DNA of 49,803 bases, filler included, from Jimgerdemannia flammicorona (Eukaryota): NCBI GenBank assembly GCA_003990765.1. It is 2 parts of 2 records of this genome, joined end to end, with 100 filler letters (N's around TTAATTAATTAA, not from the genome) between each part and the next. Parts side by side here need not be neighbours in the genome. Positions count along the whole stretch, not along the records: positions 1 to 24,853 come from RBNJ01000912.1; 1 more part is not named here. The stretch is one strand, 5' to 3'. Made by a program: the position numbers and the translations under genes. The notes below the pieces were generated by a model. The model did not search any database, was not told the DNA's origin, and saw nothing but the letters and a program-made list of their open reading frames with translations. Positions 11,175-21,940 of this stretch are shown here, piece by piece. Every line of letters starts with the position of its first letter. The stretch's first letter is position 1.

Positions 11175-12438
11175 TGTAATATGCCTGGCTCAATAGAGGC
11201 AAATTACAAGGTTGGTGGTTGATGTAGTTTGGCTTGAGCCCACAGTAACTTTGTCAAAAAGCAACAAAATGGTCTAAGATTCCTGAGGTCCTTGGTGTTT
11301 AGTGGTATAATAGTCAAAACTGAATATCTGTGAGTAATTTCCTTATTGTGATGGTTCTCTGGATGTAGTGACAATTTATATGTCTTTTCTCTTCTTGGGT
11401 CAATCTGGGAATTGGTGGAATTTTGTGTATAGCATGATGATCTCTGTATAATGATCTCTGTATAATGATCTTGTATAGTGTAATTAGTTTCTTATGCAGA
11501 TGTTTGGGAATTATACTGATGGCAAATTCTTCTCAGACTCACTGAGAACAAACAAATAATTCAGATGTCACAGGTTCTTTCTGAATCAACAGACTTCTTG
11601 TGAATGGTGGCTTCAACTGGGAATGTGGCAGATAACTTGGATATAGCAGATGATGTGGATTCTTCCTAAATTGGCAGCTCTCTGGGAAATAACTTGGGTG
11701 GTACAGATTCTTCTGAATCAGCAGCTTCAGTTGGGAATACTACTCAGATAGCATGGATTCTTCTTGGATTGGCAGGCTCTTCTGAGAATACAATAGTGCA
11801 GATTCTTTCTGAATCAGCAGCTTCAACTGGAAAACATGCAGGTGGCTTCTTGGAAAGAGTCTCTTGGCAAAGTTACATCAAAGACTGACTTTGTTTGTAT
11901 GAATGGATCACTGTAAAGTTGCATCAGAAACTGGCTTGAGCAAGGTGGCTTTCTCTTAGATGGTGGAAACTTGGGTTCTTCAGGCTTATCTGGCAAGTAT
12001 ACTAATAATAATAATTCCAAAGGTAGTGAAGTTCTTCCTTGAACTTAGGTGGTAAACTTGAATTCTTCAGGCTTATCTGGCAAGCATATCAATCAATTTT
12101 TGTATTGAAAAGTAGACCAGAGTGGAAAGGGGACCAATGCTCAATCTTTAGAGACTTCTTTGGTATTTGTATTTTGGACTGAGGTTTATTCACTCTTGTC
12201 TCTGGGGTATTTTATACAGTTGTAGTTGCTATCTGATTACTATATTGCTAATTATAGATTACTATCTATGGTAAGTATACAGATCTTGTATGGGTGTACA
12301 GGTCTTACACAGATATACCTTATCTAGTAGTCTGGCTATTTATATAACTTTCTATAGCAATGGTTGCTGGTTACTATGCTATGTGTTCATGTCAACTAGC
12401 TAAGTTATAATTTGGGTGATACATTTTGGTTTGTCACA
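11175..12438 (-). repeat. 5' LTR of element B
   Basis: Direct repeat of 2359-3622, followed by the PBS. TATA-like TGTATAAAAT and AATAAA lie at ~12185-12220 on the - strand. Confidence 0.95.
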
Positions 12439-12589
12439 GTATATGTACTCAAATTCAAGAAGTATAGACCAACTATTTAAGAATTATGAGATAAAGAAAT
12501 CAAGAATATTAATAATAAAGATGGAGATGCATAAGATTGAGAAGAAGAAGTCTTCTTAGAAACAATTGCCACCTAGTAAGAAAGTAATC

Positions 12590-14679
12590 CTGAATACATC
12601 TGCCTATAAGGAAAAATTGAAGAAAACTCTATTGAAGTCCTCATTAACAGTGGAGTAAGCAAGTACTATCTTAACAAAAGACTATCAATAAGTTCAGACT
12701 TAAGATATAAAGAACTCCAGAAGGAAATATTGCTATATTTGAAAATAAAACAACTTAGAAACTCTCTAAAATCTATAAGAATATACTTCTATAACTAGAA
12801 GACTATACTATAAAGCAGATCTTCCATATTGTACATCTTTTAAGATATAGTCTTATTCTTAAAAATTCTGGCTTACTTAAGAAAATCTATATATTGACTA
12901 GTAAACTAATATAATCTCCCTAGGATACATCAAGCTATAGTTAGAATAGATCAAGAAGAAAGTAAAACCCAAGTGTGACATCATCTTTACTAATTAAATA
13001 AAGAAGCTAATTTAGAAACCAGAGCAGTATATATATACATATACTGTCAAAGAGCTACTAGTAGAAGATTATAATGATGATAATTTTTCTGAAGTATTAA
13101 AAGCTAAAGATAATGAAGAAGAAAGCCTCCAAAAACTACTCAAAGACTATAAAGATATCTTTCAAAAACTTCAAGAACTGTTATCTATCTGGGTAGTAGA
13201 ATATTATATCAAAACCAATTCAGGAGCAGACTCTCTCTACTACAGAATCTACTAACTAGCTCAGCCTGAGCTAGAGACTCTCAAGGAATAGCTAGTAGAT
13301 CTATCAAACAAAGACCTCATATATCTATCAAAATCACTATATAGTGTATTAATTCTCTTTATCTGTAAGAAGGATAGTAGTCTCTATATATATTTTGATT
13401 ACTGAGCACTCAATAAGATATCTATCAAGAATCAATATATACTCTCATAAATCAATAAACTACTTGACTAAGTATATAATACTAAGACCTTCTTACTTAT
13501 TGATCTTATATCTGAATATTATTAAATTCATATCAAGAAAGAAGGCATTCAAAAGACAGTATTTTGAACAATTTTTGGATATTATAAAATTCTGTATAAT
13601 ATCTTTTTGACTTATCAATATATCAGTAATCTTCTAGATACTGATAAATGATATATTTTGAAAATATCTTAAAGTATTCATTCTAGTATACTTAGATGAT
13701 ATCCTAGTATATAGCATAAGTAGTACTGGCCACTAATAATATCAATAGATAGTTTTTGACATACTCTAAGAACATAAGCTCTCAGTAAAAAGAAAGAAGT
13801 ATCACTTCTTCAAAAAGAAAATTAAATATCTAGGATATATTGTCTCAGCAAATAGTATTGCTGTTGACTTCAAAAAGACTGAAGAAATCTATAACTGACT
13901 TATTTCCAAAATCCTCAAGTCTCTATAAGAATTCGATAGATTAGCTGAATACTACTAAAGATTTATTTTAGGATTCTCAGCAATTGCTTCCCTACTTATA
14001 AGCCTTTGTAAGAAGAGAACCAATATCAAAAAAGAATAGACAGAAGAATATACTACAGCAATAAATACTCTTAAGAGAATGCTGACTAATGCATTAATTC
14101 TGATTGGCCCAGACTCTATATTACTCTTTAATATTATTACAGATATTCCAAACATTATTATTGGAGCTATATTAATTTGGAATAAACACCTATTTATATA
14201 CCTATCCCAGAAGTTGAATGAGTATGAAAAGAACTATATAGTATAAGATAAGAAACTTCTTACTGTTATCTGATCTCTGTAAATATAGAAATATTTTCTC
14301 CTTGATAAGAAATTTACCTTATAGAGAGAGAATTAAGCTCTGTAATATATTTAGACACTACTAATCCTTACAGAAAGATAAGTACAATAGATGCAGATCC
14401 TTGTACCTTTTGATATTGAAATTAAGTATATTGCTAGTACTAAGAATAAAGTAGCTGATACACTTTTCTGAAGTACTCAGAAGGATGACTTCACAGCAAT
14501 TAGTAATATCACTAGACTATTTGATGATATTAAAAAAGATAACACTAAGGATGCCAATATATAAGCAAATTCTCAAAGAAGAAAGTAATATTATGAAGAA
14601 GATATATAAGAATATTTCTGTTCAAAACAGATACATGTATCTTGACAATATAAGAATTTGGATTTCTGATTCCTCTATC
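12590..14679 (+). pseudogene. pol: Family A copy 1 pol: protease, RT, RNase H
   Basis: EVLINSGVS (decayed DSGAS); LFICKKDSSL...DY*ALNK; LVYLDDILVYS at ~13683-13715; KNKVADTL at ~14442-14465. Confidence 0.9.
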
Positions 14680-15974
14680 TAGTGCTCCTAATGAGTCAAT
14701 TTTATCTGGATTGGATTCAGATTGATTCAAATTGAATTCAATCTAGATCAACTTGGATGAGATTTAAATCCTATCCAGATGAATTCAAATCAACTATTGT
14801 TTTGATTTCCAAATTAGATAATTAAATGTTTACATCAATAACTCAATAAATAATCATATAAATTTGATAATTTTAGTGTCATTTAAAAGCCCTTGATAAG
14901 GTCTATCTAATGATATTAAGAACATTGAAATTGGACCATGTGTTGCTGAGTTATGAAGAAAAATATCTGAATTGCTGATTTTGGAAATTATTTGTTTGGA
15001 ATAAAGTATTCTTTTGCATAATTGACTAATAAATGTGAACCATAAATAAATATACATAAAATGCAGGCATAGACTATAAAATTGGGAGTAATTTTATACT
15101 GTAAACTGAAATAATTGTATGCTGTAAAATGAAGTAATTGTACATAAAATATAATTGTAACTGAAGTTGATAGGTTTGGCTAATATAGAAGCATACACTT
15201 CTCTAAGATCTGCCATTTATGTTAAAGTGAAAAGAGCCATTTAATTGAATGTAACCATAAGAGATAGGTGGGAGAGATGTGCAAATTGAACTGTGAGATT
15301 GCTAATAATTACTGATATAGTATATGCTTATTTGCTAAAAACAGTAAGAGCTGAGATGTGACAAATACTCAGTCACTACATAAAAGAACTATATGGCATC
15401 TATCTGAAATTGATACTAACTAAGTTGTTTTTGGCATAGGGGAACTGATTGAAACTGATGCAGGGGAATATATAAATGTATAATTGTTCTGCATAATTGT
15501 TTTAGTGGCTATTCTGCATAAATATTGAGTAGCTCTGGCCACTTTACTGAAGTTTGAACTATGTTCATAACTATATCAAAGTGTCTTTTTGCATAATTGA
15601 CTAAAAAATGTGAACCATAAATAAATATACATAAAATGCAGGCATAGACTATAAAATTGTGAGTAATTTTATACTATAAACTGAAATAAGTATATGCTGT
15701 AAAATGAAGTAATTGTATATAAAATGTAATTATAACTGAAGTTGATGGGTTTGGCTTATATGGAAGCATATGCTTCCCCAAGGCCCACCATTTGTATTAA
15801 AGCAAAAGAAGTCAATACTGTAGGCCTGGGCAGTAAGTTAGGCTCCTAAGAGTGCCATAACTCACTTTGTGGACATTGTTTGACCACTACTAGCCAAATC
15901 CATAGCCTGCTAATAATCAAGTAGAGGAAGTCTGGCCAATATTATAACAGTTAGAGGTAAAAGATGATTGAGTT

Positions 15975-16900
15975 GTCAAATATAATGAAGAAAAGCAGTT
16001 AATTTCCAGCAGCTGGCTAGTTGAATAATATGGTCAGAATAGCCTGCCATCACCAATAGAGTAGTACTACCAATTCAAAAGGAATGGTCATAAATACTAA
16101 TAGCCAACTAATAGAGACTGAATTATTCTAATGAATGTAGATCAAAGAAGCAGCTAAGCAGGACCCAGACAAAAGACAAGATCTTGCAATTATTCAGAAA
16201 GGATGTATATCATATTGTCAATCATAGTACATGGACAATTAAAGATACCAGAGAAGCTGAGAAAAACATCACCAGCTACCCTCATTTTTGTATGAGGTAA
16301 ATACAAAGACCAAAAGAGATATGAGAGAGCAGAATCCCACTATTATTAAAAGTGTTAACAGTATGCTTGCTAGGAGGGTTGGAAAGAAAAGCCATCTCAA
16401 GTAGTTAGTTTACCCACATATATAAGGCCATAGAATGTAGTATATACTGCAGCCCATATCATAGCACCAAAGGGGTTATCAATGCAGAGAGAGAGACGAA
16501 TTAACCACAGATGTTAGTGAGTAATCAGATGGCAGTCAAGTAAACCTGATAGTAGCAGAGAGTGGGTCTGGATGGACTTGAGGATAGCATTGAATAGAGA
16601 TAGGAATGTATACAGTAGAGAGGTACCATACCAATGAGCTACTTGATAGGTGATAAGGTCATAAAAATAGTTCTTGATAGTAGAATAGAGTTTTCCTTCA
16701 CTGGTAAGCCATAGTGCCCAATAACTCAAAAGGTCATCTTGAAGAGAAAAAGCAGCAGCTTCTATAATATTATAGAAGCTAAGAAAGTGAAGAAGAGAAT
16801 TGATACCAGTTTGGAGATTCCTGACTAGGTATATGTGTACTAATAAAGACAGGTATTGAATCAATAGCAAAGTTAAAGAGAGATGTGACCAATATAGATA
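15975..16900 (-). pseudogene. Tyrosine recombinase of the Ngaro element
   Basis: YDHSF*IGSTT...AGYSDHIIQLASCWKLTAFLHYI is a decayed GHSFRIGAAT...GRW.S.A...YI. N-terminal YSTIKNY motif in ORF 16514-16870. Confidence 0.88.
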
Positions 16901-16929
16901 GAGGATCCTGGGGATGGGGTGGGAGAATG

Positions 16930-18410
16930 AGATGAGATAATAAGTCAGCAGGGTTAGATGCAGAAGGGATGTATTGAGTCTGAATATTGAAACTCAGGTC
17001 AAGATGTAAGAGAATGATCTGATAAAGGGGATCATTAACAAGAGGATAATGATGAGCCTGACCACTGACCAAAGAATCAATATAGAGTTGGCTATCACAC
17101 CAGAGCATAATATAATGTGAACAAAACAAAGAGCCCCAAAGTATCAATAAGACCCAAATGGCAAACATTTCCTTTCAGAATATGTCATAACCACTCTGAG
17201 CTACAAAGAAGAGAGTCTAATGAACACTCCACTAGTAATGCCCCAATAGGCCACTAGTGTCAAGAGTACCTGAGACATTTGTGAATAGATCATAATTAAG
17301 CCAGTTAGAATAGAAAAGCAGGTGATGACCTGTCCATGAGTATAAAATATCTTGCCACAACTATAAATCAGTGGCAAGTTAAGAAGATAGAAAACACCAT
17401 CTCATATAGAGTGGTTTCCAAGAAGTAGCAAAGTGAATGATGCAGTCACAGAATACTTTCCCATCAAGGAGGACCTAGATAATATGTATGAGATAGCCTA
17501 AGAGAGATTGGGCATTATGATAGGAATGAGAGCATAGACAATGAGGATGAGCCTGTCTGAAGGGTAAGAGTCACTTAGCCAGTAATACCAGTATGTAGGT
17601 GCACTTTTCTGCAGAGAGACTAATTGTCATCCTAGGAGTATTGAGAAGAAACCCCACATATTTGATGGTAAGAGTAGGTGGAATGTCTTTGGAAGATTGG
17701 AGTAGAATACCAAATTGAGACATAATGATATGAAATAAGTATATGAAAAATATGTACTGGATAGCAATGCCATATAGATGAAATTATTGACAAAATGTCT
17801 CAAATTAGAAAGGTAATACAACTGAATACAGATCCACATAAAGAGATCCATAAGAGAGGTGAAGATAAAGAGAGCTGAGCAGAGGCCAAATAGAAGGAAT
17901 ATGTTGAGAAAGAAAAGACCAAGCCAACAGATACCCTGCATGGCCCAATTGGAATGGTAGACAGAGATAGTACAGAATACCTCAGCAATGTTGGCTTTCC
18001 AGAAAAGTACAGAGGGACCCAAGAAAATCAGCAGAAAGATAATAGCTTGAATTGACTGATACTGAATTGAGAACTCATCAGGATTGATTCCATCATTGAT
18101 AGATACACTATTAGGAAAGAAGAGATACTATATTGTCTGAAATTTGGTGGAATATTTCTTAGGAATGATATCTAAGAGTATATTGTAGAAGGGGCAAAAT
18201 TTGAAAGGCAGTGAGAAAAGAGATACAAATGGGCCAAGATAGTGGCCAGCCATTAATTTGGTATGAATGTTATTAGAGAGGACATCTTGGTAATAATAGG
18301 CCAATGTGAGGTTATCAGATATCAAATCAATATAAAGTTTAGGATGTGAATGATTGCTATGAAGGTAGCTATGATAGAGACTAGTTAAGTGATATTGAAT
18401 GAGCAATTGG
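16930..18410 (-). pseudogene. RT and RNase H of the Ngaro element
   Basis: AGHYLGPF, IIPKK, KANIAEVF, LLFGLCSA.FIF and HFVNNF (decayed YxDDF); RNase H KEMFAI...LWCDSQ...YIPSASNPADLLS. Confidence 0.88.
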
Positions 18411-18499
18411 TTGGAGTGTGAGCAAAGGGCCCATTTCTACTCTATGAGCTGGTATGAAATAGTAGGGTGGCCAGATATTAGAGAGATTGTCAGATTAGC

Positions 18500-19780
18500 T
18501 ATAGTGAGAAGAGCATACCAAGGTAGCATGAGGTCTATAGTAGAAAAGGCCAACATGTACTTGACCACAATTGCTGGAGCAATCAGAGGTGCCATTGAAT
18601 TGATAGCAGACCAAACTAGCAGCACTATTAGAATAAAGAGGGTTATTGGGTTTTTGAGTGAATGTGGGTTATGAGAGCAGAGTTTGGATGCAGGAGCTGG
18701 TGCCATGTCCTTATACCCCACATCAAAAGTATAGAAAATTGTGAGCAGGGGATGGTTTTGAAACTTTCTGTTGAATAAAAGACTAATGAGCCTCCAATGG
18801 CATTAGATATTAACAAACTGCTAGTAGGCAGAGGAGTTGTATGCTAGAGAGAGATGTGCTGAGCAGATTGATAAGCTAATAGTGCCAATAATGATTAACT
18901 GATGACCATCTCAAATATGTGCTGAACCACATCTAGATTACCAATATTGAGCTCTAAAAATACTGCTTTTAATATATAAACTTAGCAGTTGAAGCACTGA
19001 AGAGCAGTCTACTCATAATGATTATTGATGGCTTTGATAATGAAGATAGTATGGGCAAGAAGTTGAGATACATATAATGCATGAGCTACTGACAGAGTGG
19101 TGCTTAGTGCTAATAAGGCTCCTGGATATTAAAAATGTCTTCAAGCCAGAGTGAGAGATTGAGGTCACAGTCAGGAGGATGGGATTCATTTTTCCTACTT
19201 AAGTGCAAAATAAGAGTATTGTCAGTCCACTTGGCTAGGATTTAATAGTCACCTGTTTTGAGTGATATCAGCAAATTGAAGGGGACCCAGTTATGTCTTA
19301 GTATGGCATTGGAAACAAAGAAAGAGGACAACTCACCAATTAGCAAAGTATGTAGTAGTGGTGCTATCAATTCTATCAGAAAGGATGGTACCAATAGGTG
19401 AGGAGGAACTATTACTAGAAGAGAGACCATCTGTGGAAGGCCTATCAGTGATACTGATAATGGTGGTAGAAAGGCCAGTTCAGGACCTATCAAGGTTAGT
19501 GCTAGAGGAGGAGGATGACCAGTGAGATAGATGATGAGAGCTGGCAATAGATATTGAATGAGAGTATCTTCAGCATTAATGTCAGGCTCTGGCAGAAGTT
19601 CAGGTTTTGGCAGAGGATGGTTTGCATCCAATCATATAACTAGTATGGCTTTTTGACCATCAACTGATAGATCATAGTATCAACAGAGTGCAACTAAGTA
19701 CTCTTTGCATAAGGCACACAGACCAGTAAGAGTAGGAATGGGGGGATGAATAAGAGCAGGATCTGGTTGAGATAATAATT
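18500..19780 (-). pseudogene. Gag-like ORF1 of the Ngaro element
   Basis: VCYQFNGTSDCSSNCGQVHV...PH...C zinc-finger remnant at ~18620-18510; position upstream of RT. Confidence 0.6.
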
Positions 19781-20407
19781 CTTGAGACTGGGTGTGAATG
19801 AGGGGTATTGTGTATTGGAAAAAAGCATAAATTGAACTCTGAGATTGCTAATAATTACTGGCATAGTATATGCTTAGTTGCTAAAAGTAGCAAGAGCTGA
19901 GATATGATGAATACTCAGTTGCTGCATGAAAGAACTATATGGTATCTATCTGAAATTAGTATTAACTAAGTTGTTTTTGATATAGGAAACTGATTGAAAC
20001 TAGTGCAGGGGAATGCATAAATACATAATTATTCTGTATAATTGTTTTAGTGGCTATTCTGCATAAATGTTGAACAGCTCTGACTACTTTGCTGAAGTTT
20101 GAACTATATTCATAACTATATATTTTGTTAAATAGAATATTTTTCTTAATATCTCAGCAATGTATAATCTGATTTTAATGTTCTTGGTATCATTAAAAAG
20201 ATATTATTAAGGGCTTTGAAATGATACCAAGATCAAATTGGATGATTATTTATTGAGTTATTGATGTAAACATTTAATTGTCTAATTTGGAAATCAAAAT
20301 AATGGTTGATTCGAATCCATCTGGATGAGATTCAAATACTATCCAGATTGACTCATTCAGAGCACTATCTCTATCTACCTACAAATCTTATAAGAATTAC
20401 ATAATAC

Positions 20408-21871
20408 TGTAACAGACCAAAAATGTACCACTGAAATATAACTTAGCCAGATGATGTGAACAATTAGCATACTTACTCAGCATGATGTAACTTCCAGTGT
20501 ATCATAGTTACTCTTGCCCACCATACTTATAATTAGCCAAGACACCAGATCAGGATTGTTTACCTGTGTCCTGAGGACACACTCATGTCCTGTGGACACA
20601 CTCATGTCCTGCGGACACACTCATGTCCTACAGACACACTCATGTCCTGTGGACACACCTGTACCCAGAGGACCCACCCAAACATTACCGAAGATAGCAA
20701 ATCTATAGTTAGCCACATAGTAACCAGATAGCAACCAACTTGTATAAATTATCCTAGAGATGAGAGTGAATAAAAACCTCAGTCTGAAATACAAATACCA
20801 AAGAAGCCTCTAAAGATTGAGCATTGGTCCCCTTTCCACTCCAGTCCACTTTCCGATACAAAGCTGATTTTGCCACCAAGTTCGAGGAAGAACTTCACCA
20901 CCTTTGGAACTATTGGTTCGCTTGCCAGATAAGCCTGAAGATTTGCTGCCTAAGTTCAAGGAGAACTTCGCTGCCTTTTGAGTAATCCGCCGCTTAAGGA
21001 ATAAGCCACCATTTCCAAGTTATCCACATTCCCAGAGAAAGCCGCCTTGCTCAAGCCAGTTTCTGATGCAACTTCACAGTGACTCATTCATGCAAACAAA
21101 GCCAGTCTTTGACACAACTTCACTAAGAGACCCTTTCCAAGCCACCATCCCATTTCCCAGTTAGAGCCTGCCGATTCAGGAAGAATCTGCATCAGCCGCT
21201 GTTTTTGAGTTATCCACCATATTCCCAGTTGAAGCCAAATCCGTGCCATCTGAGTTAATTCCCAGTTGAAGCCGCCGATTCAGGAAGAATCTATGCCGTC
21301 CAAGTTATTTCCCAGAAGCCCACCAATTCAGGAAGAATCCGCATCATCTGCCATTTTCGAGCTATCCACTACATTCCCAGAAGAGCCACCTGAGTTGTTT
21401 GTCATTCCCAGTGAGCCTGGTATAGAAGAATCTACACCATACAATTCCCAGCAAGCCAAATCGAGCTATCCACCAGAAATCGCATACTTTTGGAAATCGT
21501 CACGCTACACGAGGATCGTCATGCAGAGATCGTCGTGCTACACAGAGATCGTCATGTAGAAATCGCATAAGGAGAACCACTAAATTGACAGACTGTCACG
21601 CACAAGGAGATTGTCACGCTATACAGAAATTGTGCCATTCCCAGTTAACCCAAGAAGGAAAAGACATACAGATCGCTGCTATACCCAGAGAACTGTCCCA
21701 ATAAGGAAATCACTCGCAGATATCCAGCTTTGACTATTACACTGCTAAATATCAAGGACCTCAGGAATCTTAGAACATTTGTTGCTTTTTTAACAAAGTA
21801 ACTGGGGGCTCAAGCCAAACTACATCAACCCCCAACCTTGTAATTTGCCTCCATTGAGCCGGCACATTACA
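20408..21871 (+). repeat. 5' LTR of element C (1464 bp)
   Basis: Homologous to the B LTRs in R/U5; TGTATAAATT at 20741 and AATAAA at ~20768. Confidence 0.9.
20568..20658 (+). repeat. 19-bp tandem repeat (~4.7 copies) in U3 of LTR C
   Basis: GTCCTGNGGACACACTCAT repeated head to tail with no spacers. Confidence 0.92.
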
Positions 21872-21940
21872 TTTGGGGGCTTAACTGGGAAGGTTTCAAA
21901 ATTGACATGACTTTTCAGCTCACAAGAACCCACAGTCAAA

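Larger units (their letters stand above)
2359..12438 (-). mobile_element. Full-length Ty3/gypsy LTR retrotransposon, family B (10,080 bp), inactivated
   Basis: Two 1264-bp LTRs with TGT...ACA-type ends, 4-bp TSD GTAT (2355-2358 and 12439-12442), PBS, PPT, and gag-PR-dUTPase-RT-RH-IN on the - strand. Confidence 0.96.
15003..20121 (-). mobile_element. Structurally complete Ngaro-type tyrosine-recombinase retrotransposon with split direct repeats
   Basis: On the - strand: A1 (20121-19829), gag, RT/RH, YR, B1 (~15810-15578), A2 (15576-15283), B2 (~15237-15003). No TSD seen. Confidence 0.92.
14680..20367. mobile_element. Non-autonomous hAT-like DNA transposon with long inverted arms (~570 bp once the Ngaro insert is removed)
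   Basis: Termini TAGTGCTCCTAATGAGTCAAT and ATTGACTCATTCAGAGCACTA are inverted repeats. 8-bp TSD CCTCTATC (14672-14679) and TCTCTATC (20368-20375). Arms ~14680-14968 and ~20135-20367 are reverse complements. Confidence 0.85.
402..20407 (+). mobile_element. Decayed Ty3/gypsy (Tf1/chromovirus-type) LTR retrotransposon, family A copy 1, in three pieces: 402-2358, 12439-14679, 20368-20407
   Basis: The pieces rejoin collinearly with the family-A body at 33470-37050. Domain order is gag, dUTPase, protease, RT, RNase H, start of integrase. Its own LTRs are not visible. Confidence 0.88.

Noticed and set aside
20568..20658. CRISPR-like repeat array
   Set aside because: 19-bp units are contiguous with no spacers, lie inside an LTR, and there are no cas genes.
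21266..21559. LTR-encoded repeat protein (PPIQEES...)
   Set aside because: The homologous modules in LTRs B and E fall in different, shifting frames, so it is better explained as non-coding repeats.
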